Made by a program: the position numbers and the translations under genes. A DNA stretch of 64,000 bases from Zygnema circumcarinatum SAG 698-1b (lineage: Eukaryota > Plantae > Zygnematophyceae), in NCBI GenBank assembly GCA_037447605.1, contig CM074817.1:1922001-1986000 (forward strand). The letters run 5' to 3'. This document shows positions 48,778 to 62,215 of this stretch, piece after piece (position 1 is the stretch's first letter; the number at the start of each line of letters is the position of its first letter). The notes under the pieces were generated by a model. That model made no database searches and was not told the origin of the DNA. It saw only the letters and a program-made list of their open reading frames with translations.

Positions 48778-49430
48778 TACTGTATAACTGCATTCGTACC
48801 GCACGGATAGCATGCTGTACGAAAAAAGTACAGTACAGCATAAAACGTACTGTACTGTGCATCGCACCGGACAACAAATGTACGACTGAATTGTACGAAA
48901 TGTACAACATATTTCCGGGTTTCCCCGGTGTCTCAACCAATCAGCTTCTCGCTTGAGGACATTTTATATTTTTACCTACGTGGCGTTATGTTATTGGCTG
49001 CAGGATCCGAGTACTGCCCGTGCGGGATCTTGCGCATTTCCAGCATACAGAAAATACAGGAGACATGCTGAAACCTACGGAAGGTCGACATCATGACGTC
49101 ATCCACTGCCAGCCGGTCAAGGGACTACTTTCTTTAGGAAAAGTACACGCCACGTGAACAATTTTTACCACGTGGCACGCCACCATTCGCTTCCCGTCGA
49201 CCTGCTCGTCCGCGATTGGCCAGGCCCTTGGCCGGCGGGCGGCAGCGCCGTCGTTGTCGGCCGTTGTACGAGCGTACGAGTCGGTGAAAAAGTACCGGCT
49301 GGCGGCTCGGTCCAATAAGGGCTTGTTGCTCGCCGAACATGGCGCCGGGCGGAACGGGGAGAAGGCGGGGAGAGGGGAGAGAGAGGCTCTCTCTGTACCT
49401 CTATAAAGGGAGGGAGGGCCTGCAGCAGCC

Positions 49431-51183
49431 ATGGAAGCAGCACTCGTGGCACCCAAGCTTGGGGGAAATCTAAAAACCCTGAAACCCCTTCTCTCGCCTG
49501 GTGCGCTTGAGTTTTCTGCTCCGGCTTTAGCTGTAGCTCTCACGTCTCGAGTGCGGGGCGGATACAAGGGGCAGAAGAAGGCAGCGGGAGTAGCGTGGGG
49601 GTTGAGATCAGCTTCCGAGAATTTGAAGGGTTTTTATTGTAAGGCGGTCATGGGGTTTGGAGAAGCCGCTCTAGCGTTCGCTGCGCCAGGGTTTATGGTA
49701 AGTGAGCTAATCGTGGCACGGACTGTAGTTGCGAAATTTGGGTTTTTTAGAACTGAACAAAAGAACGAATGTGGCTGTTGCATGTTAGCTTGATGGCTTC
49801 CTTGAGTATGTCTAAGCTTCCAGACTTTGATTATGTTGGTGTGATGGGGATGGTGCAGACGGAGTTCACTGTTGACATGCCATGTGGAGGATGTGCGAAA
49901 ACTGTGAGAAGCACTCTGCAGTGCGTGGAAGGTAAGCGAGGACATGCAGTAGTGGCATGGCTCTTATGACAGACTGCAGCCAGATGAAGGACGTTCGATG
50001 AATGCAAACAGTAGAATTGGCGAGAGGCTCAGAAAATTCAATCCAGGGTTCTTACATAATTGGGAGCCCTTCGTACCTATGTCGCTTCCGCTGATATTTA
50101 TCTATTTATTTGGTGGAAACAAAAAAATGATTCTCCGTTGGAAAGCTGCAGGTTCATGAATTCTTACCATGCGGATATATGCACTGCGCGCAGGTGTACA
50201 ATCTATCGAAATTGACATTGAGAAGAGTACTGTTCGGATCCTTGCCACCGCGTCCCTTCAAGCTTTACTGACAGCGATGGAGAAGACGGGAAAGACTTAC
50301 AAGCTCGTCTCCCACGAATCTCCTGCAGGTGCTCCTCCACCCGCACTATCCTGCATATTTGAACCTCGTCTCTCCCCCTCATTAAGCGAGGAAGTTTGAA
50401 TCTGCTGAAGGTTTCCCTCACCAGGTCTCCACCATTCGTGTCGGGAGGAAGTGGGGGAGAGCGGGAGAGAGAGGGGGAGAGAGGGATAGTGGGAGAAATG
50501 GATATCGAGAGAGGGGGGCAGAGAGGGAGAGCGGGAGGAAGGGAGGGGAAGTGAGGGAGGGAGAGGGAGGGAGAGGGAGCGAGGCGGAAGCGCGAGCATG
50601 TCCAGTCCGTGACGTGACAATCTTGCCCGGCTTGCAGACTCGCCGCGGCGCGCAGTGGCGGAGTGGAAGGGCGCGGTCATTGGCGTGGCGCGGATCACGC
50701 AGATCACCCACCACGTGGCGCGCATCGACGCCGCCTTCGCCGGCCTGCCGCCCGGCCCGGCCCAATGGTCCGTACATGCGTACGGTGACCTCAGGCGCGG
50801 GGCAGCCAGCACGGGACATCCGTACGTCGTGGTACGAAACATCCCTTTCCGTACGTCCTTCCGTACACGCCGTATGCTTAGAGCGAGCCTGGCCGACTCA
50901 TGAATGGAACATGGTACATGGGTGTTGTGGGCGGGCCTTGTGGTCCTAGCTAGGGGAGCTCATGGCGGACGAGGCGGGCAACGCGCGGTACGCGGCGGCC
51001 ATGGAGGGGCTCGAGGTGGCGGACCTCATAGGGCGCGCCATGGTGCTGTATGGGAAGGAGGGCGGCGGCGATGTGGCGGCGGTGGTCGCCATGAGCGGCC
51101 ATGGCGAGGGCGTGGACTGCCTGTGCGCGTGCGACGGGAGCGTGCTGTGGCGGGCGTGTGCCCGCACTGCCAATGTCAACTAG
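49431..51183 (+). CDS. CCS: Copper chaperone for Cu/Zn superoxide dismutase, with N-terminal transit peptide, multi-exon
   Basis: ATX1-like TEFTVDMPCGGC, SOD-like ARITQ..IDAAFAGLPPG..WSVHAYGDL and DLIGRAMVLY, and C-terminal CACDG (CxC). Confidence 0.9.
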
Positions 51184-51712
51184 ATTGAAGGGTTTTTAGG
51201 GTTTTAGGATTTAGCCCAAAAACCCTAAAAAAAGCGCCTTGTTGGGGAGAGAGGGGGGGGCGTTGGACATAGTTTTCGGTGTTGAATTTCGTCGGGACGA
51301 GGAGGAGTTCTACGTGAAATGAGAGAAGGACGGGTGAAGGGATGCAGTGAGGGGTTTTTTAAGAAGGCAATCGTAGAGAGTGTTTTGTACAGTTGGTTTA
51401 TGGTTTAGTGTTAGTTTCATGAGCCATCATAGTCTTTGTTTCAAGAGTTTTTCGGTTAGCACAAAAGAATCGATCAGTTCGTTTCTTTTCTTTCTAGAAA
51501 GGCTTTTGACGAAGATAGATTTACCATTTTTTGGCTTTCTGTATATAACTAAACCATTGGATACAAGATGAAAGTACGCTTTCTTTTGTATGAGATGGCG
51601 CTCATTCTAAATGTATTTTTATCTCAACGGGAGGCGCCGCTTGTGACAAACGTCAATAGCAGCATTGTCCAAAATCGTGTAAAACGCTTTAAATTTTGAC
51701 AGGAAAAAAACT

Positions 51713-51885
51713 CCTAAAACCCGAACCCCGAAACCCTAATGCATACAAATTTTAACTTCTAAACGCTAGAAATACCTTTAAACCCTAAACCCTGACCCCT
51801 AACCCTTATCCCCCAAACCCTAAACCCTAAAATCTTAACCCTAACCCCTCCCCCCTAACCATAAACCATAAACCCTAAACCCTGC
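51713..51885. repeat. Degenerate plant-type telomeric (CCCTAAA)n interstitial tract
   Basis: aaaccctaaaccctgacccctaacccttatcccccaaaccctaaaccctaaaatcttaaccctaacc... Confidence 0.8.
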
Positions 51886-53485
51886 AACAGGTGAAGCGTG
51901 CGCGCGTGCTTTTGAGAGTGAGGGGAGGGAGGAGGGGTAGGGGAAACGAAATATGTGAGGCCGAGAGTGGTAGAGGGAGAGTGGGAGAGGGAGAGTGAAA
52001 GGGAGGGAGATGGGAGAGAGAGGGAGCGGGGGAGAGGGAGGGGGGAAAAGGGGAGATGTGTGAAGGAAACAACAACAACAACATGGGGAACCACGAGGAA
52101 CCGACCGACCGGCCGCAAAGGACCTAGGGACCTTCGCGACGTTTCGTTTTCATCGGAAGGGAGGGGGCCGCAATGACGGCTTCCGGCATCCACGCAAGGC
52201 TTGACCAATCAAATCCCTTCATTACACGTGGGAATTGTCCACGGACCAATGAAATCCATCGTTTACATGTGAGAACTCCAACGCGCAGTCGTGTCAAAAA
52301 CAGCACCGACAATCGACAAAGTGTAGGGTATGAACCGTACAATGTCATTCATTATTCGTACAGGCTCACCGCCATGTGACGGGACATTCGTACTGTACCT
52401 ATCCGCGCTTGGAGAGGATCTTAGGGCCACGTCATTGTCAGGATGGCGTGGCAGCGGCTGACTCGTTACCTGGCAGCCACGTCATTGGGCGACTTCAACA
52501 AGGATGCCGCGTGGCACGTTTTTAGTGCCCTCCAGGAGTCCAGCTGTAACAGAACAGAGAGAAAATCTTCCAAACGGGCAGCCGAAAACTAAGATTTGGT
52601 TTTTCGGGCAAAACTAGAGAAATGTTTCACTCAGTATGTTCTGTCCGCGCATTGGCTGCGATTTCTCCTCGGCACGCGGAACACTCCCTATTGGGCGGTT
52701 TGCCTCCCTGCGGGCTGCCCGATAAATGGAAAAAAATGTTGAAAGACTTTTGGATTTGACTTGCGCTGGTTGAGAGCATGCTTTCAGGCTCCGGCCTATC
52801 AGGGCCAGCAGGCAGCCATGGCTTCCCTTTCAAGCTGTTTGAAGTGCGCAGAAGCAGCTATATATAGAGGAGTAATAGGAGCTTAGAATTAGTAATTATA
52901 ATATAATTGGGAGCCTTATTGAAGGATTACTGAAGGTGCTGATTCTTGCACGCCGTTATTTTTTTGGTGAGGTCATCTATCGGTTAGATTATACGCAGTG
53001 CTTCGCTGATGTGTGGACTGTTCTGTTTGATGACATGTTTGAGGCATTTTTTTTTTTTTTATATTTCATAGAGTTCTGGGACCACTTTCTTTTTATGTTT
53101 GGTGGTGAATCTACGTGCTGTAAGTTGTGTGCAGTTTATGATTTGCTATCGGCCCCCTTTGCAACCTCTTAGCCTCAAATCCAATCTCCTCAAGTTTCAA
53201 TGACTAATTAGCTCTCCAGCGTCGCTTTCCTCTTCCCCCTCTCTCCATTCTCACTACTTCAATCGCTTCTCTCCCTCTCTCCACGGCTTTCCAAGCGCCG
53301 CTGAGTGGTTGATGCGTTTATGGATACAATCTGCAAAATAGACCCAGATGTGCTCAAAGAAATTCTATAACAATTGTGTCGTATTCCTGGGTGGAATATA
53401 TGTCCTTCGCTTGTCCTTAATTAATGTCCTTGGATTGATGACTATTGGGTGAAGCAGTTTAGTTGCGGCTTTTGGTCATTCGGTC

Positions 53486-55702
53486 ATGGCTGATATCCAA
53501 GCGTGCGCACAAGGCCGACCAGTATGGCAGGTATTCCCAAAATCCAATAACATTTGAATTTCCCACCTCTACTTGTATCACTTTTGAAAACTCCTGCATG
53601 CAGCCGGAAAAGGAAATAAGCGGTGGTGTCACGCTGTATAAATCAGGATTACTGCAATACATGGCAGATTACATATAAGGATGAACGGAAGGGGGAACTT
53701 ATTAACTTAACGTTGACCGGTTGCACTGCTTACGCAGTCTCGTTACTTATTGGGCGAAAGCATTCCTTTGTTTTGTGCAGGAAAACACAGAAGCACACAA
53801 CTGCACCAAATGTGACCGTTTGTTCAATATGTATCACCGTCGCCACCATTGGTAATGAGAATTTCTCCGTCAGGATAATCTTTGAGATTGGAGTGAAGAG
53901 GAGCGAATGATGTCGAAATTGCGGAGTTCTGTTTTTCGCTCCTTTTGTTCACTTCAAGAGGCTTACCTCAACTGCATGGGGAAACCTTCCGCTGCGTTCC
54001 TTTTGTTTATTTCATCTGCCGGATTAGCTGTCATCTCTCAGACTGCCCTAACATTGTTGCCATCGTCTATTTTGGGTTGTATTCTGGCAGCCGAGGATGC
54101 GGAAAAATCGTTTGTGACAAATGCAGTCCATGGCGACTTCAACTCCCTGAAGAATATGAACTTGGCGCAGGAAAGCACCGTGTTTGCAACGACTGCTGGA
54201 AGGCAGCGCTGAGTTTACAGTACGAGGCAGGCCTTACAAGCGGGGCAATACAGGCACCTGACTTCGTGAAGGTGAAGGTAGACCTACTCGAGAAGGCGAC
54301 CAAGTATTTGTCGTTGCCAGAGTCTCAGTGGGTGACAAGAGTGTACAGAAATGTCAAAATTGCCACTCAACCAGTCAATGGTCACTCGATTTTCGCCGTA
54401 CGGAGCGAGGTATGTGATCGTTATGAAGTTTCACCTGTGTCCTGCTCGTGAATAAGTATATACATTATAGGGGAGACCGGTTGAGACCTGGCAACTGATA
54501 TGTAAAGAGGAGAGGCAACTCAAATATGTTTGTATGTCATACTATGCAGGTATTGATAAAGGCCTCGATAGAAAAGACTCGCAAGGTGTACGGGAACATG
54601 GACATGTGGCGGCACTGGAATCCTTATGTGACAGCACGCGAAGTCCAAGTTGTGGATGAGCGCAGCAAGGTGAGCTGTAGTTGCTGGACTCAAAATTTGT
54701 TAGGGCAATCACCGAAGAACATAAGAAGCTTTTTACAAGCTTCTGTAGAGACCCTTATATTGCACTTTATGCAGATCCGTGTGAAGCTATAGGTACGGGA
54801 AGCTGGCAATGACAAAAAAGAGCCTCACATGAGTGAGGCTCGGAATTTTGTTGTCCTCAAACCGAGTTAAATGATGGTGCAGGTTTTTGAAGCATCATAT
54901 GATGCACCCATCATCCGGCAGCGCTCGAGCGTATTCTTCTGCCACACACTGGATGGCTCTCTCGTACACCCTAAAGTTAATGAGGGGACAACGACTCTCG
55001 GTAAGTTGTATGGAGTGCAACAGAAGGCGGGTGATGCTGGAACATACGTAGGAAGGGAGGCAATTAGGGCATGGTTTGAACGGAAAGAATGTTCAGAGGT
55101 GGACATTATGACTCTGCCTTCCATTCAGACTCGTCACTGACTGATTGTCAATGGGGGGCTGTTTGCAGCCATGTCTTTGGAGCATCCACTGTGTCCTATG
55201 GTGAGAACAGATTCCCTCCGTTGTTTGGTTATAATATAGCCCTGTTTCCCCAACCCCTGTTTTATTTTCTTTCCTATTTTCTGTTTTTAACGCACACCTT
55301 AAGTGCTTGGTCACATGTCGATCACTTGCGCGACTAGTGGATGTCAAAAACCAGGGCATTGAGCCGATGCAACTTTTTCTGCTGAATTCGAAGGGATAGG
55401 GATAAACCTAATGACTGGAAGAGTATCATGGATAGTTTGTGGAGTGGTACTCGAAGAGGGCAAGATCTGAATCACTACTTTTGGTCTCCTTGCAGAGGAA
55501 AGGAATTGTGAACGCGTCCATCATGTTCAGCATGACATCACTCGAGTCCGTGGAGGACGACAGCCAGCGGACGCGGCTCCTCTCCATTGTGCACAGCGAC
55601 CCCAAAGGCCTGCTTCCACCCTTTGTGGTCAACGCGTTCCTGGCGCGAGGGGCTGACCACCTGCGGGGAATGTGCGACTACATCGAAAATAGTTCTGACT
55701 GA
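53486..55702 (+). CDS. FYVE zinc finger plus START-like lipid-binding domain protein, multi-exon; start tentative
   Basis: RPVWQ|ENTEAHNCTKCDRLFNMYHRRHHC|RGCGKIVCDKCS..RVCNDC is a FYVE finger. DMWRHWNPYV..VQVVDERS and LLSIVHSDPKGLLPPFVVN are START-like. Confidence 0.8.
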
Positions 55703-56122
55703 GGGAGGGGACCATGCACACCGCTGTGGGTTCAGAGCGATGTTGCAAAGACGGGATAAGAGGCTTTTGCTTTTGGGTTTTTAGGAAGTCGTGGAGCAGC
55801 AACTTGTGACATGTTGTAAGGGAAGTTTTGTACATTAGATCAGAAGAGATATAGTCAACAGAGGTTGAAATGTCGGTTGAAATGTCCCTATTGAACGTGA
55901 AAGAATATTATGTAGATTGAATGTAAAATGTCTCCAAGGAATACAGTTGAGCCGTGCACGCACTAAACTGCAGACCAAAGTACTTTCCGTAGTCTTCCCT
56001 GAAAACAGGAGTTCAATCATAATATCTTGTGCACTTGCTTGCATTCCAAAGTCGACAATCGGAGCAGATCCTTTAACAGCCAGAAGAGGAAGACCTACCT
56101 CTCTCCACTCTCACCGACCTCC

Positions 56123-56929
56123 TTAGAGATGCTTCTTCCGCGACCGAGAGGTAGGGACAGGGGCAAACTGGGCAACAGGCTCATCCTCGAGAGTGGAGAT
56201 GAACTTGGGCTGAGACGGAGTCCAGTTGGCAGGCGCGAGGCAGATGAAGCCCAGCAGAACACTGACAAGCAGCGGCAAGAGCCGGAGCAGTGCAGCAGGA
56301 TCTTGCACCACAATTCCATAGAAAAGAGCGGCCATCATAGTTCCAAATGATTCCTTGTGTCGGCATGAACCCAAAATGCGCGAGCAGATAATGACCTGCA
56401 CCTTATTTTGGGAGTGCTTTTGGGCAAGCTCTGCAAGCACTGGTGCCAGAACGGCTCGCTGTCGACCTTTAGTTACCACACTGCAAGCCAATCGCAGGTC
56501 CGGCTCGATTGGAAGCACTGATCTGCCATATGAAGGAAGGTTGTCGTATTCATAAGACGGCATGCCAAACCAGTTATGCCGCACACGTAGCTGCTGCAAT
56601 GCAGGGCTCTCACACAGGATATCGAAGAGGTCCTGAGCATAGGCCACACTTTGGACATACGGGACTTTGACGAGTTGTCCGTGTGCATCTACCTCCTCCA
56701 CCAGACGGCCTTTCAATTGCTGATTAGGAGCTTGCAAAGCCCTTGTCAATACACCAACCAATACCTCACAAGTACCGCAGGCTACATGCGCGTTCTTGTT
56801 CAGAGGCTTCATCCCTTCCACATATGGTGTCGAACTATCCAAACTTTGAACCGTCAAGGCGGGTGCAAGAATAGATGCTACGAAGACAAATCCGGACAGA
56901 AGCCCCAGTATTCTGCCTCCAGTCGTCAT
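56123..56929 (-). CDS. Intronless saposin-fold (Canopy/MSAP-like) protein with signal peptide and C-terminal TM segment
   Basis: Hydrophobic N-terminus; six Cys in saposin spacing (CGTC, LC, AC, IC..GSC); KVPYVQS resembles the Canopy motif; hydrophobic LLPLLVSVLLGFICL. Confidence 0.65.
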   Translation of the reverse strand: MTTGGRILGLLSGFVFVASILAPALTVQSLDSSTPYVEGMKPLNKNAHVACGTCEVLVGVLTRALQAPNQQLKGRLVEEVDAHGQLVKVPYVQSVAYAQDLFDILCESPALQQLRVRHNWFGMPSYEYDNLPSYGRSVLPIEPDLRLACSVVTKGRQRAVLAPVLAELAQKHSQNKVQVIICSRILGSCRHKESFGTMMAALFYGIVVQDPAALLRLLPLLVSVLLGFICLAPANWTPSQPKFISTLEDEPVAQFAPVPTSRSRKKHL

Positions 56930-58255
56930 TGCTTCTCAACCGATAGAAGACTAGAGCGAACTCTGCACAAAGTACAGAGGACCAAAGAAAATTACGCACC
57001 AACTTTCATTGGTGAAACCAAGGTAATGCGAGCTAGATAGGTCATATAGGTCATTTGCTTCAGAAAAACGATTTGAGCTTCCAAGATTTCACACAGCATC
57101 GCTGCATAATTTTGCATGAAGAGGAGACCCCACGGGATACAGCGGCCAAGGAACCAAACACGAAGCACTCATTTTTTCAAAGGGTGCGAACAGTTGCCAC
57201 TTTGTCCTAAAACTGTAAGGCGATCCTTCCTTAGCAGATTACAAGCTTTCGACACCTAGAAAATTGAATGCAAGGGATTAATAGCAGGCTCATGTCGTCC
57301 TCAAGAATTTCATTTTTGTGATTATGATTGCTTTCCCGAATTTACCTTTCAACCTTTCCCAGCCAACGATCATGCAGTGATCTTCCAACTCCAAGATACA
57401 GACGACGAGAAACAGTTCTCAAATCAAAGCACCGTATTTCCTAAGTCGAAAGAATCACTTACTCTGCTACTATTGCAGAGGCTTCACCTCATCTTCTGGT
57501 TGCTTAAGTCATGATACAATTATACAAACAGTTCTGAAATTCAAATCATCGAAAAAATGCCTGCCTGCAAACTGTAGGAACATGAAGATACTTCGTGCTT
57601 GCAAAGATTATTCCTCTTACTTCCACTCCCTCGCACAGATAACACCAGGAAATTCCCAGCTCTGTACTGTCCCTCATTCACTGCCTCCCTAAACTCAAAT
57701 CGAACCCTAACTCGCCACGTGCTACAGTTCTACGAAAAATCGTTATCGATTCATGTATGACTCAGTTACAGTTATGTAATTTGATCATAGAACAGTTGTA
57801 TTCTAAAACACAACGAAGTTTCACACTCACCATAACTGGTAATGGACGGGACGCTCGAACATAGAATGGATTGTGAACAGGAACTGCAACTATGACATAT
57901 AAGCGTGAAGCGTGACCTGCACGGTAACAAGTGACCACGCAACACGTGGCAGACGGTCCAGCAACGTTTGGCCGTTGGATGTAGACCGTCCGATGCGTCC
58001 AAATGGAGAGATCTGGACTGTCCGTTTTCCGCCCGACCCTAATGGACATAACTTCAAATTTCCGCCGTGCCATGGCCTGCAGTTGGGGGCTTCTCGGAAC
58101 CAGAAATTAGGGTTCTGCTCGGGCTGCATACTTCCGGAGAAATATTTTAAGAAGAGTGTGAGGGTATTTTTTTCAATACAGACAGATATTAATAGTGTTT
58201 GGTAAGAGAGGTATTTGAATCTCTTGAACAGGCCTGCAAGGAAAAGGGTAAGGAG

Positions 58256-58696
58256 ATGCCGAAGAACAAGGGAAAGGGAGGAAAGAACAGGAAGAGAGGG
58301 AAGAATGAAGCGGAAGATGAGAAGAGAGAGCTTGTGTTCAAGGAGGACGGGCAGGAGTACGCTCAAGTGTTGAGAATGGTTGGGAACGGCCGCTGCGATG
58401 CCCTATGTATTGACGGAGTGAAGAGGTTGTGCCATATTCGCGGGAAGATGCATAAGAAGGTGTGGATTGCAGCGGGAGACATCATATTAGTGGGCTTGCG
58501 AGACTTTCAGGACGATAAAGCGGACGTTATTTTGAAGTATCAACCGGACGAGGCGCGTCTCCTGAAGGCTTATGGGGAACTTCCAGACAATGTTCGTCTG
58601 AATGAGGGTATTGCAGGCGGTATGGGAGATGATGATGACGAGGGTGGATCGGACGACTATCTCGAGTTCGAGGATGAAGATATTGACAAAATTTAG
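58256..58696 (+). CDS. eIF1A: Eukaryotic translation initiation factor 1A
   Basis: [57 protein letters not shown], with an acidic tail. Confidence 0.98.
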   Translation: MPKNKGKGGKNRKRGKNEAEDEKRELVFKEDGQEYAQVLRMVGNGRCDALCIDGVKRLCHIRGKMHKKVWIAAGDIILVGLRDFQDDKADVILKYQPDEARLLKAYGELPDNVRLNEGIAGGMGDDDDEGGSDDYLEFEDEDIDKI

Positions 58697-60050
58697 ATGG
58701 CTGGGTGCTTGCTCGATCGAATCGAAAGGGATTCAGATTCGTGGATGCTCATAGTTTCTACGTTTTTAATTCTATGGCTCTGCAGACAGCTTGTATGCAT
58801 CCTTGAAATGATTCCGTAATTTGGTTCGAGGACAATCCTATTGAGAGGTTCAGTTTTTAAACAGGAGTCCAGGACGTTTTGTGAAATCTTTTGTAGTGCA
58901 TGCTGCTATTCTTTAGAGAGAGTGCAGTGGCGATGATGGGTGCCAACATGGGCAGTACTTGGTGGCAATAGTTTGTTGAGTAGCTACTCCTGTCTGTATG
59001 CTATATTTCGTTTGCTGTACAGACTTAGTTTCGCACAAAGCCATGATTCTTTTGAGAATCTTATTGAATTGAACATGTCATGGCCGTCCGGTCAACTTTG
59101 GCCAGGTTCCTTTCACTCAGATGTTGATAACGTGATAACAGACTCGTGCTTGGTTATTCCACCTCTTTGCCCCCCTTCTGTTCTTTTGTTTTTGTTTTTG
59201 TCAAAGATTGTGAACTGGACTAATCCAATTTGCAACCCACCAAGGGTAGCTGAGCTCGTTGAGAGACGCTCTCCAGCCTGTCTGCTCTGCCTGTCTGTTG
59301 TAGGAGCTGGATCAGGCTTTGGGTCGTTTGAAAATTCACTTGGGGGCTTGTTATAGTTTTTTTCAATACTCAAATAGTTATAAGAAAGTGCTGGATTTGT
59401 CGAAGTCAGAGAAGGGGGCAGAGTGGGGGGGCTTCTATCAAGGAGTGTTTCAGTCACAAGGATTCTACAACCACCAGTTCCAAAAATAGTGGCATAAAGA
59501 AATTTGGATTTTTTGGAGAATTCAAAGGGTGGAGCAGGTCATGTAGAAACATACATCGTCAAAAGTTCTTTGACATACAGCATTCAAGTGTTTAAATAGC
59601 AAGTTATGGAGTTCTTAACCATATGATGGATTTCTAACAGCAGCTAGGCTTTTTCTCAGCCGTTATGGTCGATGGCTTATTGAAGTATCCTATTATAAGG
59701 AGGGAAGGCTCCAGCCAGGCCCCCTCGTTTCCCTGCCTCTTTCAGATGTCCTTTTATCTCTCAAACGCATAGTTTTGAATGTCCATGTGCTCTTTTTTGA
59801 CACGCACTCATAGGATTAATACCCATCATCTGAATAATTTTTTGGCGACCGACTCTTGAGGCTGCCTCGCCGCTTTTAGGAGATCCAAAAGAGGGCTCTG
59901 ATAATTTCTCTGCGCCAAGTTGGCCTTCGACTGACGCCTACGTTGCAGACACAACTTTCGATAGTACTTTGTATTAAGGTTTAGACTACTGGAAATTCTG
60001 CAGCATTCACTAGAGAGGGCATGCTTCAGTAGCCAGACCAGTGCTACAGC

Positions 60051-62149
60051 CTATCCCTGCTTCTGCTTTTCCGACCATCCTGTAAGATCGTCCACGCTGA
60101 ATTCATAGGTCTCTTCTGAGCCTGTCCGCACCTCAACGCCCTGACTCGCAAGAAAGGTCTCCACACTTCCAGGCTCCCCAAACCAGCCCAGCCTGTCTGC
60201 TATGAGGTGCATGTTCTGGCAACCAGAGCAGCGCACTATGACGACCCCTGTTTGGTAAGTCGACCGACTCATAGTCTTCGCAGACCGCGTCTCACAGACC
60301 GAGCAAGTGAACAGGATGGCCAAGTCATGGCGGCTCGACTGTCTGGGGGTCACTTCGGCACTCGCTTCTTCAGGCTGAGAGATGCTGGTGATGGTCCCTT
60401 CTTGCTCATCTATGTTCGCCGGTTTTAAACCATTGCCCTGTGGATGGTTTTCAGCTCCTGCTGTGTCTGAGGCAGACTCAAACACGTCCTGCTGTCTGGA
60501 TAACTCATGCTGTTGTTTAGTTGAATCGTGAAGAGCAGCACAGCTACAGAGGTTTGCATATCGAACAAAGGTTCGGTCTGTATGCGCAAAAGATGTCCTG
60601 GGATCATGTGTTGACTGTTCCCTATGGCCGAATGTTGAAAAGGGAACACTTCTAAAAGGCACAAACTGCGGATAATAAGCTTGATCGTAGGCTTGTGGTA
60701 ACGTGGTATGAGGAATAGACGTGGAGAATTGTTTTTCCAAGTCTTGATTTGTAACTGGGAAGACAGCCTCGTGGAAAGGAAAGGGCGAACGGCTAGACTG
60801 TAAACCTGCATCCAGGGAAACAAATACGAATTACTAAATGTAGGGTTGCTTTCTCGAGACTCTTGCAATGAGAGAGCCATTTTGAACACGAAAAGTTACT
60901 CAGCACACAAGCTTCTTCCACACACTGAGGTGCAGCTTATCCACATATAAGCTCCAATATCAGATAACACCAGATAACAATGCCAAGACATGACAAAATG
61001 ACAAATGACAAGACTGAACGACCCATTGGAAACGACATCGAGATCACAAGCAAATGGCATCTGTGGGAAGTCATGATATGGTAACAAGGGTCAACTTCAT
61101 CAGCCATATCACTCCCTTCCATTACGGAACGGCCTTCGCTGCTGCAAAGTGCACCGTCTGTAGGGTGTGCGTGAATCAGGCTCACACTTCTACTGCTTTG
61201 TATTGCAATACAGGATGACCCTCAGTCTATCTCCGCATCATCAATAAAGTCTGGGAACAAGGATATCAAGCTAAAAAACGAGAACTTACTGAAAATCTTG
61301 AATGGAAACACCTAAGCTTATAGAGACAACCTTCTCTGAGATTTTCGCATTACGAGTCCTAAACCTTTTTGGGGATGTGGTTTTGTAGAGCCGTGCTCGA
61401 CACCCAACTAATTGTTGGAGGAAAGACACCCTATTGGTCAATTTCGATTTGAATTAGAAACAAAAAATTGACATGCTGGAGAGAACTGCAAAGCAAAGAT
61501 AAGTTAAAGACAGCTTGGTTCTTAGCCCAAATCTTTCTTGACCTATAAATCTAATCGGAAAGAAAACTAGATAAGAACTATATAATGAGCATAATGATTC
61601 GAATTTTGAACAACTCTCAATTGAGAGCAACAGAAGTTTTCACTCAATCCACAAGAAGCACTCATATTATATCTCACGCTACGGTGTGTCTGCCCTATCC
61701 ACGAATTTTCCAATTGCGAGAAATCAACGCTCACACTGATGTAAACTTGAAGGAGTTCTTTAAGATGGAACGCTTATTTTTCCTACAAGTGGTGAAACTA
61801 GGGTTAGGGTTGGGAGTAAGGGGGGAGTGGAGAGGAGGTATAAAAGGGGACGGGTTCATCATTTATCTCTACAGGTTCAACGTTGCGAAGGTGCAGAAAC
61901 CCATTCTGTACTGTTGATTACCTTGAACTCCCTTTACGCTACAAGCGACTACTTTTCAAGCACAGCACATCGTTTCTGTAAGCCCACCCAGCATGCCATA
62001 GAAATTTGTGTTCCTCAAAAGTTCAAACTCGTCCCAGACATACTTTCCAGGAAGATATACATACCACCCCTTTGCAAATCGTATCCTCTAAAGCGTGCTC
62101 TTGAGAGAGATGCGAGCAAAAGAAGTCCGTTGCTTATCCGAGAAGCCAT
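60051..62149 (-). CDS. DNL-type zinc finger Hsp70-escort protein (Zim17/Hep1-like), likely mitochondrial
   Basis: FTCSVCETRS..YQTGVVIVRCSGCQNMHLIADRLGWFG. Tentative exon 1 (62149-62065, MASRISNGLLLLASLSRARFRG) splices in phase to the acceptor at 60805; an extra exon cannot be excluded. Confidence 0.85.
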
Positions 62150-62215
62150 TTCAAGCAGGTTTGTTGACGATGCCGACCATTCAGCTCACACCGCTGCTTC
62201 AGCTGCACTCGTCCG

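Noticed and set aside
58940-59620. 114-138 aa ORFs between eIF1A and the DNL gene
   Set aside because: No motif recognised and no convincing splice chain; may be UTR.
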